DNA from: a virus
IMG/VR virus record: IMGVR_UViG_3300050498_000097
Span: 66,700 to 87,125 of that record
Length of the DNA stretch: 20,426 nt
Strand: one strand, 5' to 3'
The position numbers were made by a program, and so were the translations under genes. Positions 1 to 7,642 of this stretch are shown here, in pieces. Every line of letters starts with the position of its first letter. The stretch's first letter is position 1. Under the pieces are notes generated by a model that was not told where the DNA came from, did not search any database, and saw nothing but the letters and a program-made list of their open reading frames with translations.

Positions 1-347
1 TTAGCGGTAGTGGGTATCTGGGCATTTCTAGCTACGATTGGGATCCGGTCGTGGGCACGGAAACCTTCTTGACTCGTAGTCCAGCCACGACTCTCCGGAT
101 GTCTCTTATGCGCCTTTTGCTCTAGTGCCCAGCGGTGGTTCGCCGTCGACAGTGACGTATGGTTCTGACTCCTCATCTGCAGCATGGGTTCGTCAACGAC
201 GTCGAATACATTTACGGCCTGGGCTGGCTGCCATTCGGACTGGCCAGTGTCATGATTCAGGGTCAAGATGCAATCACCGGGTGCCAATTGATCGTAGGTG
301 ACCCAGCCATGGTCCCTGGTTAACGTCTGGGTATCCATCGACAAGCA
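1..347 (-). mobile_element. Intein N-terminal splicing region inside the portal gene (partial)
   Basis: After ENHW the frame reads CLSMDTQTLTRDHGWVTYDQLAPGDCILTLNHDTGQSEWQP...STANHRW, i.e. block A (Cys1) and block B (TxxH). Confidence 0.85.
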
Positions 348-1331
348 CCAATGGTTCTCGGCGCCTGAGCCTGATAAAACCTCTGGCGGCATGTCCATGC
401 CAACGCCAAGCCGTTCCACTGCCTCTTTGCGCAGATCCATGGCCTGTTTGCTGAGTTCAGACTCGAAGTTCAGCAGTTTCCAACCGTCAGCGTTGTCGGA
501 TTCCACGATGTGCGGCAGGACACCTAGAGCGGATCCTTCGCCCCGGAGACTGGCAGCACCAGCGGTAGCCAGGCGCACCATCAGGGACTCGGCATTGTTG
601 GTGGTGTTTTCTTCTTGAGGGAGGTCCAGGTTGTTCGGGATAATCAGGATGCCGGCGCCAATGAGGCGAGAGTCAATTTGAGAGAAGATGTACTTGGTTA
701 ATTGCTCCAGTTCCCGAAGTACGGATTGGCAGGACCTAGATGGAGAATCAGCGCACCAGACCCGGTTTGGGTGCGGAGTCCACACACGGGTAATCACATT
801 GCGTTCAAGGTCTAATCGAAACCGTTCTCCGTTGGGTAGGCCCCAGGCCCATTGCCATTCGCCATTTGCGCCTTGTACCCGTCGCATCTCCGTGGAGGAC
901 AGGATGTACCACTCGTCCCTGCCGCTATCCTCATCGGGCCGGCCGACAACATAACATTCGCCGGCCACCGTGAGGTTGATGCCCATGGAGCGCAGGGCCT
1001 CGGCCTTGGCGGCGGGGCCACCTAACAACGAGTCTGCGAGTGCATTAACCTTCCGGTTCTTCGTCTCGCCCTGAATCCGGCCCAGCTCATCGACCTTGGC
1101 CACGTAAATGCGAACCCTGGAACAGCACTGGCCAACCCATCGAGCTGCAAACCCAAACTCCGGCACAATGTCATACAGCCGCCACAGCTCTCGCTGCCAC
1201 GTCTCATCACGCCATCTCCAGGCGCTATAGGACAGGTCACTGAATGTGGTCCTAATGGCCGACGCGACCAATGATTTCCTGTGCGGAGGCTCGGGGCTTA
1301 CGGCAACCGCCTTACCTCTACCAAAGGCCAT
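1..1331 (-). CDS. Probable phage portal protein containing an intein (partial, runs off the left edge)
   Basis: Not in the ORF track because it has no stop in the window. Read manually from ATG at 1331: MAFGRGKAVAVSPEPPHRKSLVASA...WQRELWRLYDIVPEFGFAARWVGQCCSRVRIYVA...NLTVAGECYVVG...ITRVWTPHP...ADSPSRS...LRELEQLTKYIFSQIDSRLIGAGILIIP...GMDMPPEVLSG..NHW. These motifs resemble actinophage portal proteins. Same strand as the terminase. Confidence 0.8.
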   Translation of the reverse strand, partial: MAFGRGKAVAVSPEPPHRKSLVASAIRTTFSDLSYSAWRWRDETWQRELWRLYDIVPEFGFAARWVGQCCSRVRIYVAKVDELGRIQGETKNRKVNALADSLLGGPAAKAEALRSMGINLTVAGECYVVGRPDEDSGRDEWYILSSTEMRRVQGANGEWQWAWGLPNGERFRLDLERNVITRVWTPHPNRVWCADSPSRSCQSVLRELEQLTKYIFSQIDSRLIGAGILIIPNNLDLPQEENTTNNAESLMVRLATAGAASLRGEGSALGVLPHIVESDNADGWKLLNFESELSKQAMDLRKEAVERLGVGMDMPPEVLSGSGAENHWCLSMDTQTLTRDHGWVTYDQLAPGDCILTLNHDTGQSEWQPAQAVNVFDVVDEPMLQMRSQNHTSLSTANHRWALEQKAHKRHPESRGWTTSQEGFRAHDRIPIVARNAQIPTTA

Positions 1332-1334
1332 TGA

Positions 1335-1631
1335 CTATCGCCCCTCCAGTTGGGAAAGCAGACCGGTTACGTACGCCATTGTCAGCCACGCGGGAATAGC
1401 TAGCCACCACTGTTGCCAGGGCAATAGTGCAACGGCCCAGAAAAGGGCCGCCGGAAAGGCGACCCAAACACTTACGCACCAACTGCAGTGGACCAGCAGG
1501 GTGATCCAAGAGTCTTCTCCATACTTATTGACAACCCAGCGTCGCACGGGCAGTAGGATCTGATCAGCGGTAATGAGCCGGGTTACCCTGGCCACCGCCA
1601 GTGTCAAAAGTGCCAGTGCGCCCCATAGCAT
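1335..1631 (-). CDS. Small membrane protein (DUF1360-like) upstream of portal
   Basis: Hydrophobic 98 aa with LAVARVTRLITAD and C-x-W-C-x-S-x-W motifs. Stop lies 3 nt before the portal ATG. TAGTAT -10-like box 6 nt before the ATG suggests a leaderless mRNA. Confidence 0.75.
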   Translation of the reverse strand: MLWGALALLTLAVARVTRLITADQILLPVRRWVVNKYGEDSWITLLVHCSWCVSVWVAFPAALFWAVALLPWQQWWLAIPAWLTMAYVTGLLSQLEGR

Positions 1632-1690
1632 GGCTTTATACTAATATCAAGACCGGGAATAAAGCACGGAGCCACTGGCGTGCAATAACG

Positions 1691-1709
1691 CACCCCAACG
1701 TAGGGGTGT
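1691..1709. promoter_or_regulatory. Palindromic operator-like site CACCCC-AACGTA-GGGGTG
   Basis: Inverted repeat in a divergent intergenic region, 18/19 identical to 19942-19960. Confidence 0.55.
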
Positions 1710-1721
1710 AGGGTGGCCGGT

Positions 1722-1937
1722 ATGGAATACGACCTCAGTGACAAAGAAATCAGGTACATGATCGAGGCAAATCACCGACCTGTAGAACCAGATCGAATCA
1801 TCCTCAACAACGGCTCTGCCGTGGGAGACGACACCGAGATCCGCTGTAGGCAAGATGGCCAGAAGTGGCCCTGCACCATCATCGGGAAGCTTCGTGAGTG
1901 GTCGCGTGGGATGGGTCCGGATCAAGTGACACTGTAG
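1722..1937 (+). CDS. Hypothetical phage protein
   Basis: MEYDLSDKEIRYMIEANH...CRQDGQKWPC. TAGGGT lies 7 nt upstream of ATG 1722 (the track uses GTG 1713). First gene of a tight run. Confidence 0.65.
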   Translation: MEYDLSDKEIRYMIEANHRPVEPDRIILNNGSAVGDDTEIRCRQDGQKWPCTIIGKLREWSRGMGPDQVTL

Positions 1938-1947
1938 GATCACCTGT

Positions 1948-2208
1948 ATGGTCCTACGAACCAAGATCACTGAAGGGGACGGCGACAAGCGCCACGGCTC
2001 CAGCAACGGCTACTCGAACCTGGGCTGTCGCTGTGCACCGTGTCGAGCGGCCTGGACGGTGGCAAACCTAGCGGCACGTAAGCGTCGCTATGTCCGTACC
2101 GCAGCTGGAGATAAGGCCGTACCACATGGTGATCCGCACACGTACTTGAACTGGGGATGTCGTTGCGCCCTGTGCCTGGCCGCTTACAAGGAGACAAGGT
2201 TGAAGTGA
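1948..2208 (+). CDS. Small protein with two HG-x4-Y-x3-GCRC-x2-C zinc-binding-like repeats
   Basis: HGSSNGYSNLGCRCAPCRAA and HGDPHTYLNWGCRCALCLAA. Confidence 0.75.
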   Translation: MVLRTKITEGDGDKRHGSSNGYSNLGCRCAPCRAAWTVANLAARKRRYVRTAAGDKAVPHGDPHTYLNWGCRCALCLAAYKETRLK

Positions 2209-2238
2209 TCTTGGTAGTCGGTGTGCTTCCATGGGGGC

Positions 2239-3483
2239 ATGACTAAGACCAAATGGCACAACGCCTGGTCCAGGGCTCAGCTCCGGACCAAGCGCAGCAC
2301 CATCGCAGTCATGGCCATGATCCTGGCTCTTGGCGGGTTCATGTTGGGCAGCAGTGCTCCGGCAACGGGTGCGGACACCGGGCTATCGCAGCTGGACCTC
2401 GCACGTACTGAACTCGCTAATTGCCAAACCCTGTTGCGCGTCGCTACCAGTACTGCACAACGCAACCGGGCGAACAACTGCATCAAGGATCAGACGGCAA
2501 TAATCACAGCGCTGACGGCCACGCCTACGACCAGCCCTTCAACTAGCCCCTCGGCCAGCCCGTCAGTTACTCCTTCTGCTAGTCCATCTGCGAGCCCAAG
2601 CTCTGCACCAAGCCCAACGCCAACACCCAGTCCAACCACAACTGGGCCACCGTCGCAGACCAACTGCTGGGCCCAGCTCACAGCCTGCGGTTACCCGGAC
2701 CGGGCCACTACCGGCCGACGCCTGACTGGCGGGTTCGCGTCCGTCACTAGTGGAGATCTGCACATCTTCACCGCAGGGACTGTCATCGACAACCGGATGC
2801 ACACGGGTGCGATCTACGTCCACGCGGCGAACGTGGTGATCAAGAACTCGTTCATCACCTTGACCAGTGCGGCGCCATGGGGCATCAACACTGAGGCCGT
2901 TCCCGCCAGTGGGCCGACCATCATCCAGGACACGGATGTTGTGTGTAACGCCGGAGACGCTCATGGCGTCGGTGCCATCACCGGTCCCAATTTCCGGGCA
3001 ACCCGCATCTGGTCAGTCAACTGTGAGAACGCCTTGGAGATGGGCAACAACTCGCAGGTTGTGGACTCGTTCCTGCGAGGCTCAGAGAACGGTCCGGCCG
3101 ATCCACACGGTGACGGCATTCAGGCACAGTCCGGCAGCAACATCGTGATCCGCCACAACACGATGCTGCAGGGCAACCCGATGACATCAGCGATCATCAC
3201 CAACCCGACGCTGAACAGTCACTGGGTAGTGGAGAACAACATCTTCGGTGGTGGGGCGTTCACGTTCTACTGCCCAGAGGATCCGGCCCAAGGTGATTTC
3301 GTCGTCCGGAACAACCGATTCTATCCGTACCGGAATCTGGCCGGCGTGCTGCTCTATGTGGGCCTTGGTGATAACAACGCGCCACACTGGGGTCAGACCG
3401 ATGCCTGCGTGGACTCGCGAATCACGTGGACCGGTAACTACGATGAATACCTGCGCACGGTTCCGGCCAGCGGTCTGAACTAG
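2239..3483 (+). CDS. Secreted or membrane-anchored protein with Pro/Ser/Thr linker and right-handed parallel beta-helix-like domain
   Basis: Basic N-terminus plus hydrophobic helix, PS/PT-rich linker, then beta-helix-like repeats (HGDGIQ, SNIVIRHNT, VVENNIFGGG, VVRNNRF). Start uncertain (2221 GTG or 2239 ATG). Confidence 0.75.
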   Translation: MTKTKWHNAWSRAQLRTKRSTIAVMAMILALGGFMLGSSAPATGADTGLSQLDLARTELANCQTLLRVATSTAQRNRANNCIKDQTAIITALTATPTTSPSTSPSASPSVTPSASPSASPSSAPSPTPTPSPTTTGPPSQTNCWAQLTACGYPDRATTGRRLTGGFASVTSGDLHIFTAGTVIDNRMHTGAIYVHAANVVIKNSFITLTSAAPWGINTEAVPASGPTIIQDTDVVCNAGDAHGVGAITGPNFRATRIWSVNCENALEMGNNSQVVDSFLRGSENGPADPHGDGIQAQSGSNIVIRHNTMLQGNPMTSAIITNPTLNSHWVVENNIFGGGAFTFYCPEDPAQGDFVVRNNRFYPYRNLAGVLLYVGLGDNNAPHWGQTDACVDSRITWTGNYDEYLRTVPASGLN

Positions 3484-3486
3484 CGC

Positions 3487-3515
3487 TTGACGCCCGTACA
3501 TACGGGTGCTAGCTT
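3487..3515 (+). promoter_or_regulatory. SigA/HrdB-type promoter
   Basis: TTGACG-N17-TAGCTT with extended TG. The spacer holds the palindrome CCCGTA-CA-TACGGG. Confidence 0.7.
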
Positions 3516-3519
3516 CGAG

Positions 3520-3795
3520 GGGCCAGCCACTGGCGGGGGGCCGTGGTTAGCCCGGTGGGTGCGACGAGGGGGAAGAACGTTGCCGTCGCACCCACCGTCT
3601 AAACTGAAAATTGGACGTGCAGGTGGGTGTGGTGCCTGGGCAAATCCCAGGACGGCAACCTCTCAACCTTAGGCAACCCCCGTTTCCCTAAGAGTGATCT
3701 ATGCCCATGAAGTACCACCTGTACCTTATTTCCCCTCGGGTGGGGAAACAGACAGGCCCCAGTCATCCCTGCTGACGGCTGGGGCCTGTTCTTTG
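3520..3795 (+). ncRNA. Candidate ~270-nt structured ncRNA of unknown family
   Basis: Lies between a promoter and a terminator with no credible ORF. Long helices include CGGTGGGTGCGACG/CGTCGCACCCACCG and GTGCAGGTGG/CCACCTGTAC, the latter enclosing sub-hairpins. Confidence 0.6.
3752..3795 (+). terminator. Intrinsic terminator
   Basis: ACAGGCCCCAGTC...GGCTGGGGCCTGT hairpin followed by TCTTTGT. Confidence 0.65.
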
Positions 3796-3814
3796 TCTGA
3801 AAGGGACAACTCAA

Positions 3815-4033
3815 GTGACAACAAAACCGGATGCAGATGTTGCCGTGGTCGTCATCGACGGCGAAGAGACCCTGGCCTGCGTGGTCGTGAACAGGGCCCC
3901 AGAGAACGCCAACGGTGTCGAAGTCAACACCTCGGTCAACGGACTGAGCAGGGGCGCCATGGCCTACATCTTCCGGGATCTGGCCGAGCAGTGGGAGCAG
4001 GACGCGGCCATCGACACCATCCATGGCAACTGA
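3815..4033 (+). CDS. Hypothetical protein
   Basis: SD-like GAAAGGGA upstream of GTG, GC3-rich codons, overlaps the next gene. Confidence 0.7.
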   Translation: MTTKPDADVAVVVIDGEETLACVVVNRAPENANGVEVNTSVNGLSRGAMAYIFRDLAEQWEQDAAIDTIHGN

Positions 4034-4364
4034 CTACGAGTGGTTACAGGGCCAGCTCGACAGGTACAGCTACCGGCCCCGCTGGTCCTGGCTGATCGTC
4101 CGTGGCGAAGATCCCTACCTCGGCCCCCTGGCTAACGTGTGGCAGGTACGTATTACGTTCTGGACCACAGACGCATACAACCCCGAGCGGGAAGTAGAGA
4201 TCATCTCTGTTCAGGCGGTCCCTCCCTTCGTGGTCACAGAGCGAGACCCTGAGCTGTTCAAGCGCTGGTTTCAGACGGTGATCTTCGATGCGGAAATGCA
4301 TGAGTCCAGGGAGTGGTTACGTCGTGACGGGCTCCTGGTGGATGACCCTCACAAGATCAAGTGA
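4023..4364 (+). CDS. Hypothetical phage protein
   Basis: 113 aa with YRPRW and E-x-HESREWLRRDG..DDPH motifs of the kind seen in small actinophage proteins. Confidence 0.75.
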   Translation: MATDYEWLQGQLDRYSYRPRWSWLIVRGEDPYLGPLANVWQVRITFWTTDAYNPEREVEIISVQAVPPFVVTERDPELFKRWFQTVIFDAEMHESREWLRRDGLLVDDPHKIK

Positions 4365-4371
4365 TTGGGAC

Positions 4372-4400
4372 TTGACAGTACCCGGACGTGGGGGTACGGT
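4372..4400 (+). promoter_or_regulatory. SigA-type promoter of the tRNA array
   Basis: TTGACA-N17-TACGGT, overlapped by the inverted repeat GTACCC-N8-GGGTAC. Confidence 0.75.
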
Positions 4401-4518
4401 TGCTGAAGTCAGGCAAGCGCAAGCCACAATCAAATGACAGTTGCCAAGCCTGACGCCCACGGTCTAAGGTCAACACGATGAGCCCGCCCTGCGGCCCCGG
4501 AATCGGAAGGAGGACACA

Positions 4519-4662
4519 GTGATCAAGATCCAATCAACTGGTATCGCGCTACGACCGTTGCGCGATACTGCGACTGTGCCCACCTTCCGGTGCTGGTTCC
4601 TGGCGACCGTGACAGGGCACGAGTCCAACTACAAGCAGGAAAGCGCCATGATGGACGGCTAA
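4519..4662 (+). CDS. 47-aa leader ORF upstream of the tRNA array
   Basis: Strong SD AAGGAGG 5 nt before GTG. Reads MIKIQSTGIALRPLRDTATVPTFRCWFLATVTGHESNYKQESAMMDG. Below the track cutoff. Confidence 0.55.
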   Translation: MIKIQSTGIALRPLRDTATVPTFRCWFLATVTGHESNYKQESAMMDG

Positions 4663-4684
4663 CAGCCTCAGCAGCAGAGCTGGA

Positions 4685-4720
4685 GCCGCCCCCGGAGACC
4701 CGGATCAGGGCGGTTTCTTC
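4685..4720 (+). terminator. Terminator or attenuator hairpin before the first tRNA
   Basis: GCCGCCC...GGGCGGT stem followed by TTCTTC. Confidence 0.55.
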
Positions 4721-4736
4721 GTAGGTACAACTTCAT

Positions 4737-4808
4737 GTGGGTGTGATGCAGCGGCAAGCATGGCTGTCTCCAAAGCAGCTTACGAGGGTTCGAGTCCTTC
4801 CACCCGCG
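4737..4808 (+). tRNA. tRNA-Trp(CCA)
   Basis: GTGGGTG/CACCCGC acceptor; GCTGT-CT CCA AA-GCAGC; GGTTCGAGTCC. Confidence 0.9.
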
Positions 4809-4905
4809 CTCAGGTTTCAGGGAACTGAGACCTAGTTAATTGTCAATTCCACAGTGGACAGCATGTGAAGGTCCTGGAAGCAGATAGCGGCTGCCAGGAC
4901 CGAAT

Positions 4906-4980
4906 CGGGGTGTAGCCCAGCTTGGTCAGGGCGCCTGCTTTGGGAGCAGGAGACCGGGGGTTCGAATCCCTCCTCCCCGA
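4906..4980 (+). tRNA. tRNA-Pro(TGG)
   Basis: CGGGGTG start; CCTGC-TT TGG GA-GCAGG; GGTTCGAATCC. Confidence 0.92.
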
Positions 4981-5063
4981 CGACCCGTCTCTGCTGAACT
5001 GCTTCGCGCCGTTGCTGACCATTGGTCCTCACCGGTTCCACCCAGTTCCCAGAGACGGCTCTA

Positions 5064-5136
5064 GGGCCTATAGCTCAGTTGGTAGAGCATGCGTCTGGCA
5101 GGCGTAAGGTGCCCGGTTCGAGACCGGGTAGGTCCA
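5064..5136 (+). tRNA. tRNA-Ala(GGC)
   Basis: GGGCCTA/TAGGTCC with G3:U70; TGCGT-CT GGC AG-GCGTA. Confidence 0.92.
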
Positions 5137-5145
5137 CTCAAATTT

Positions 5146-5218
5146 GCCACTGTAGCTGAGATGGTGTAGCGCCTGATTGAAGATCAGGAGTACGGCGGTT
5201 CGAGCCCGTCCGGTGGCA
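5146..5218 (+). tRNA. tRNA-Phe(GAA)
   Basis: GCCACTG/CGGTGGC; CCTGA-TT GAA GA-TCAGG. Confidence 0.92.
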
Positions 5219-5223
5219 CGCAT

Positions 5224-5299
5224 GGACCGTTGGAGTAATGGTCATCTCACCTGATTCTCAGTCAGGAGAATGTCGGTTCGATCCCGACACGGTCTACCA
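5224..5299 (+). tRNA. tRNA-Glu(CTC), CCA encoded
   Basis: GGACCGT/ACGGTCT; CCTGA-TT CTC AG-TCAGG. Confidence 0.92.
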
Positions 5300-5391
5300 T
5301 GGCAGTTCTCTCAGGCCATGTCCCTTGTGCACAAAAGCCACTGGTACCGGTGACAGAGAGATGAGCGAGCTGCTAAGGCAGCTCGCAATAT

Positions 5392-5462
5392 GCCGGCGAA
5401 ATGTAGTGGTTGCATCTCTGCCTTCCAAGCAGATCGGGCGGGTCCGATTCCCGTCGCCGGTT
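5392..5462 (+). tRNA. tRNA-Gly(TCC)
   Basis: GCCGGCG/CGCCGGT, U73; TCTGC-CT TCC AA-GCAGA; variant T-loop TCCGATT. Confidence 0.85.
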
Positions 5463-5463
5463 C

Positions 5464-5673
5464 ATGAAACTTGATAAAGGTCCAGCTGAATATCTCCGGG
5501 CCCTAGCAAGTGGTGACCCAGAGAAGATTGCAGAGGCTATGGAGTTCCAGCGGGAAAGCTTCCGAGCCAGGTTCGGGTGTTACCCAGAGGAGCTGAAATG
5601 GGAATGCACCTGTGAAAGTGCCAATCGTTGGCCATTCAAGGAATGTACTTGCCCTGGCTGGACGGATGATTAA
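5464..5673 (+). CDS. Small Cys-containing hypothetical protein in the tRNA array
   Basis: MKLDKGPAEYLRALASGDPEK...CTC...CTC fills the gap between two tRNAs exactly. The track start at 5410 lies inside the tRNA. Confidence 0.65.
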   Translation: MKLDKGPAEYLRALASGDPEKIAEAMEFQRESFRARFGCYPEELKWECTCESANRWPFKECTCPGWTDD

Positions 5674-5746
5674 TGGCAGCTCGTCTAATTGGTAGGACGC
5701 TGGACTTTGACTCCGGTCGATGGAAGTTCGAATCTTCCGCTGCCAG
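5674..5746 (+). tRNA. tRNA-Gln(TTG)
   Basis: TGGCAGC/GCTGCCA (U1-A72), G73; CTGGA-CT TTG AC-TCCGG. Confidence 0.9.
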
Positions 5747-5750
5747 CTTG

Positions 5751-5824
5751 GCCGTACTGTGCTACGCGGTAAAGCAGCTGATCTCAAAAATCAGTGATGC
5801 AGGGTTCGACTCCCTGGTGCGGCA
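5751..5824 (+). tRNA. tRNA-Leu(CAA) with short variable loop
   Basis: GCCGTAC/GTGCGGC; CTGAT-CT CAA AA-ATCAG; no long V-arm. Confidence 0.85.
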
Positions 5825-5825
5825 C

Positions 5826-6104
5826 GTGACAACACTCGACTGTTTCAAATGTGGCATTGTCCTGGAGCCTGCTTTTCGGGAGGATGCTGACAACCAGCCG
5901 TATGCCGGCACTACATTCATCTCCTACGGTCAGTACGGAAGTACAGTGTGGGATCCCCCAGTAAGTGAAGGCCACCGCAGGTTCCTGGAGATAAACATCT
6001 GTGACAGGTGTCTGGTCGCAGGCAAAGATGCAGTTCTCCATGTCGACAAGGTCCCACGGGCTCCTATTTACAACTACCAGCCCTGGAATCCAGAGGCTGA
6101 GTAG
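5826..6104 (+). CDS. Hypothetical protein with CxxC...CxxC
   Basis: GTG start; LDCFKCG...GQYGSTVWDP...INICDRCL. Fills the inter-tRNA gap. Confidence 0.75.
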   Translation: MTTLDCFKCGIVLEPAFREDADNQPYAGTTFISYGQYGSTVWDPPVSEGHRRFLEINICDRCLVAGKDAVLHVDKVPRAPIYNYQPWNPEAE

Positions 6105-6109
6105 GCAAT

Positions 6110-6182
6110 GCCCTCAAAGCTCACCAGGTGGAGCGCGTCCATGGTAAGGACGAGGTTGTCGGTTCGAATCCGACTGGGGGCT
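6110..6182 (+). tRNA. tRNA-Thr(GGT)
   Basis: GCCCTCA/TGGGGGC; CGTCC-AT GGT AA-GGACG. Confidence 0.88.
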
Positions 6183-6280
6183 CGTTAGCTGCTACTGACT
6201 CTGCCAGTACTGCCGGTGGTTCCAGCAAGCCAATAATCCTTGTGACGGCCCTGGGCGTCGCGTCCGGCCAGCTAACCATT

Positions 6281-6354
6281 GGAGATGTAGCTCAGTTGGT
6301 CAGAGCGTCTGCTTGCCAAGTAGAAGGTCGCCGGTTCGAAGCCGGTCATCTCCT
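6281..6354 (+). tRNA. tRNA-Gly(GCC)
   Basis: GGAGATG/CATCTCC, U73; TCTGC-TT GCC AA-GTAGA. Confidence 0.9.
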
Positions 6355-6395
6355 CGCCCTGTCTGTAACGGAGCCCATGAAAGGGGGCTGACTCA

Positions 6396-6842
6396 ATGCA
6401 AGCAGTACTCGTTCTGAACGCTGACCTTGGACCCTTGCATCGGGTCAGCCTCCGGCACGCTATCCGGATGCTCTGCCGCAACGTGGCTGAGGTCCATGAA
6501 GCGGAGCCCGACATACGGTTTGCACTTTTCGGGGGCATGCCCAAGGTCGTGCGCCTGGTGAAGTACATCGTCACCAAGTGGCGCTACACCGCAGGACCCG
6601 CCTGGTCTCGGCCGGGAGTTCTCAACCGGGACAACCGGCACTGTGGCTACTGCAACGGCAAGGCCACAACCGTTGACCACGTCACTCCCACCTCGCGTGG
6701 GGGCCGGAACACTTGGCAGAACACGGTTGCCTCGTGCGATCCGTGTAACCAGCACAAGGGAAACCGGACGCCAGCGGAAGCCGGCATGACTCTGAGGTCC
6801 AAGCCGGTAGCCCCAACGTGGGCGACGCTGGCAGCAAGGTAA
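6396..6842 (+). CDS. HNH endonuclease (McrA-like family often found with tRNA arrays)
   Basis: VLVLNA...RDNRHCGYCNGKATTVDHVTPTSRGGRNTWQNTVASCDPCNQHKGNRTPAEAGM. Confidence 0.93.
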   Translation: MQAVLVLNADLGPLHRVSLRHAIRMLCRNVAEVHEAEPDIRFALFGGMPKVVRLVKYIVTKWRYTAGPAWSRPGVLNRDNRHCGYCNGKATTVDHVTPTSRGGRNTWQNTVASCDPCNQHKGNRTPAEAGMTLRSKPVAPTWATLAAR

Positions 6843-6864
6843 GACTCCTGGGGGAGGAGGTCTC

Positions 6865-7077
6865 GTGACTGAGACATGGGAAGAGCACTGCAACAGCTAC
6901 TGCTCACACGGTGGTGTCTGCGAGTTGAGTCGTGGTCATGATGGCCTCCACGACTCCAGCTACTGCGAGTGGAGTGACGAAGAGGCCATCAGCCGGGAAG
7001 ATGCCGACGAGATTCTCAGTAGCAAGGGCCCCGAGGGGGCCATGCTCAAGACTCTCTGGGACATCTTTATCGACTAA
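6865..7077 (+). CDS. Small acidic Cys/His-rich hypothetical protein
   Basis: SD GGAGGAGG before GTG; C-x-L-x-x-GH-x-G-x-H motif. Confidence 0.7.
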   Translation: MTETWEEHCNSYCSHGGVCELSRGHDGLHDSSYCEWSDEEAISREDADEILSSKGPEGAMLKTLWDIFID

Positions 7078-7153
7078 GATGCAAGACGCTGGTCCCCGTG
7101 TTCGGGGATAATCCCATGGTAAAGAGAAGCACTGCTTCCGCCAGCGGACACAT

Positions 7154-7226
7154 CCCAGATTCGGCTAACTTGGTAGGCCACCCGGCTCTGGACCGGGCAA
7201 TCGAGGTTCGAATCCTTGATCTGGGG
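7154..7226 (+). tRNA. tRNA-Gln(CTG)
   Basis: CCCAGAT/ATCTGGG; CCCGG-CT CTG GA-CCGGG. Confidence 0.88.
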
Positions 7227-7332
7227 CGGTGGAGGACGCGCAAGCGGGTTGGCACAGGGTGCACCCATAGCCGCCAGCGAACTGGATAAACTGGGGATCG
7301 ATCGGCCCCAGTAAGGGGATCCTCCGCTGTAT

Positions 7333-7406
7333 GTCCGAGTAGGCAAACTGGAAAAGCCGTCAGACTGAGAGTCTGGTGCTTGCGGGTTCGACTCCCGCCT
7401 TGGGCA
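7333..7406 (+). tRNA. tRNA-Leu(GAG) with short variable loop
   Basis: GTCCGAG/CTTGGGC; TCAGA-CT GAG AG-TCTGG; 5-nt variable loop. Confidence 0.88.
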
Positions 7407-7537
7407 CGTGAGGTGTTAACAGGGCAAGAAGGAGAGCAGGTGTCACAAGGAGCCCTGAAGGCTAGGTCATGATGGGGTCAAAAATACCTCGCTCCTTCGG
7501 TACTCCTATGCCCCGAGTCTAGATCTGCACCTCCGTT

Positions 7538-7611
7538 GCCAGTCAAGCACCGCAGGTAGGTGCGCCGGGCCTGTACCCCGGAGGCGGTCGGTTCGAGCCC
7601 GACGACTGGCT
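7538..7611 (+). tRNA. tRNA-Thr(TGT) with C33
   Basis: GCCAGTC/GACTGGC, U73 like the other two Thr genes; CCGGG-CC TGT AC-CCCGG. Confidence 0.78.
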
Positions 7612-7642
7612 CGCAATATAATCACTCACCGACGACCAGCAC

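Noticed and set aside
298-1563. Track ORFs 298-618, 688-954, 812-1021, 1022-1240, 1246-1563 and an apparent portal frameshift
   Set aside because: Manual translation shows one continuous minus-strand frame from 1331 to the window edge. These ORFs are shadows.
2515-2650. Low-complexity repeat-like DNA
   Set aside because: It simply encodes the Pro/Ser/Thr linker of the secreted protein.
7538-7611. Reading this tRNA as Tyr(GTA)
   Set aside because: A symmetric 5-bp stem centres TGT. The acceptor, U73 and short variable loop match the other Thr genes, and a proper Tyr gene exists at 11344.
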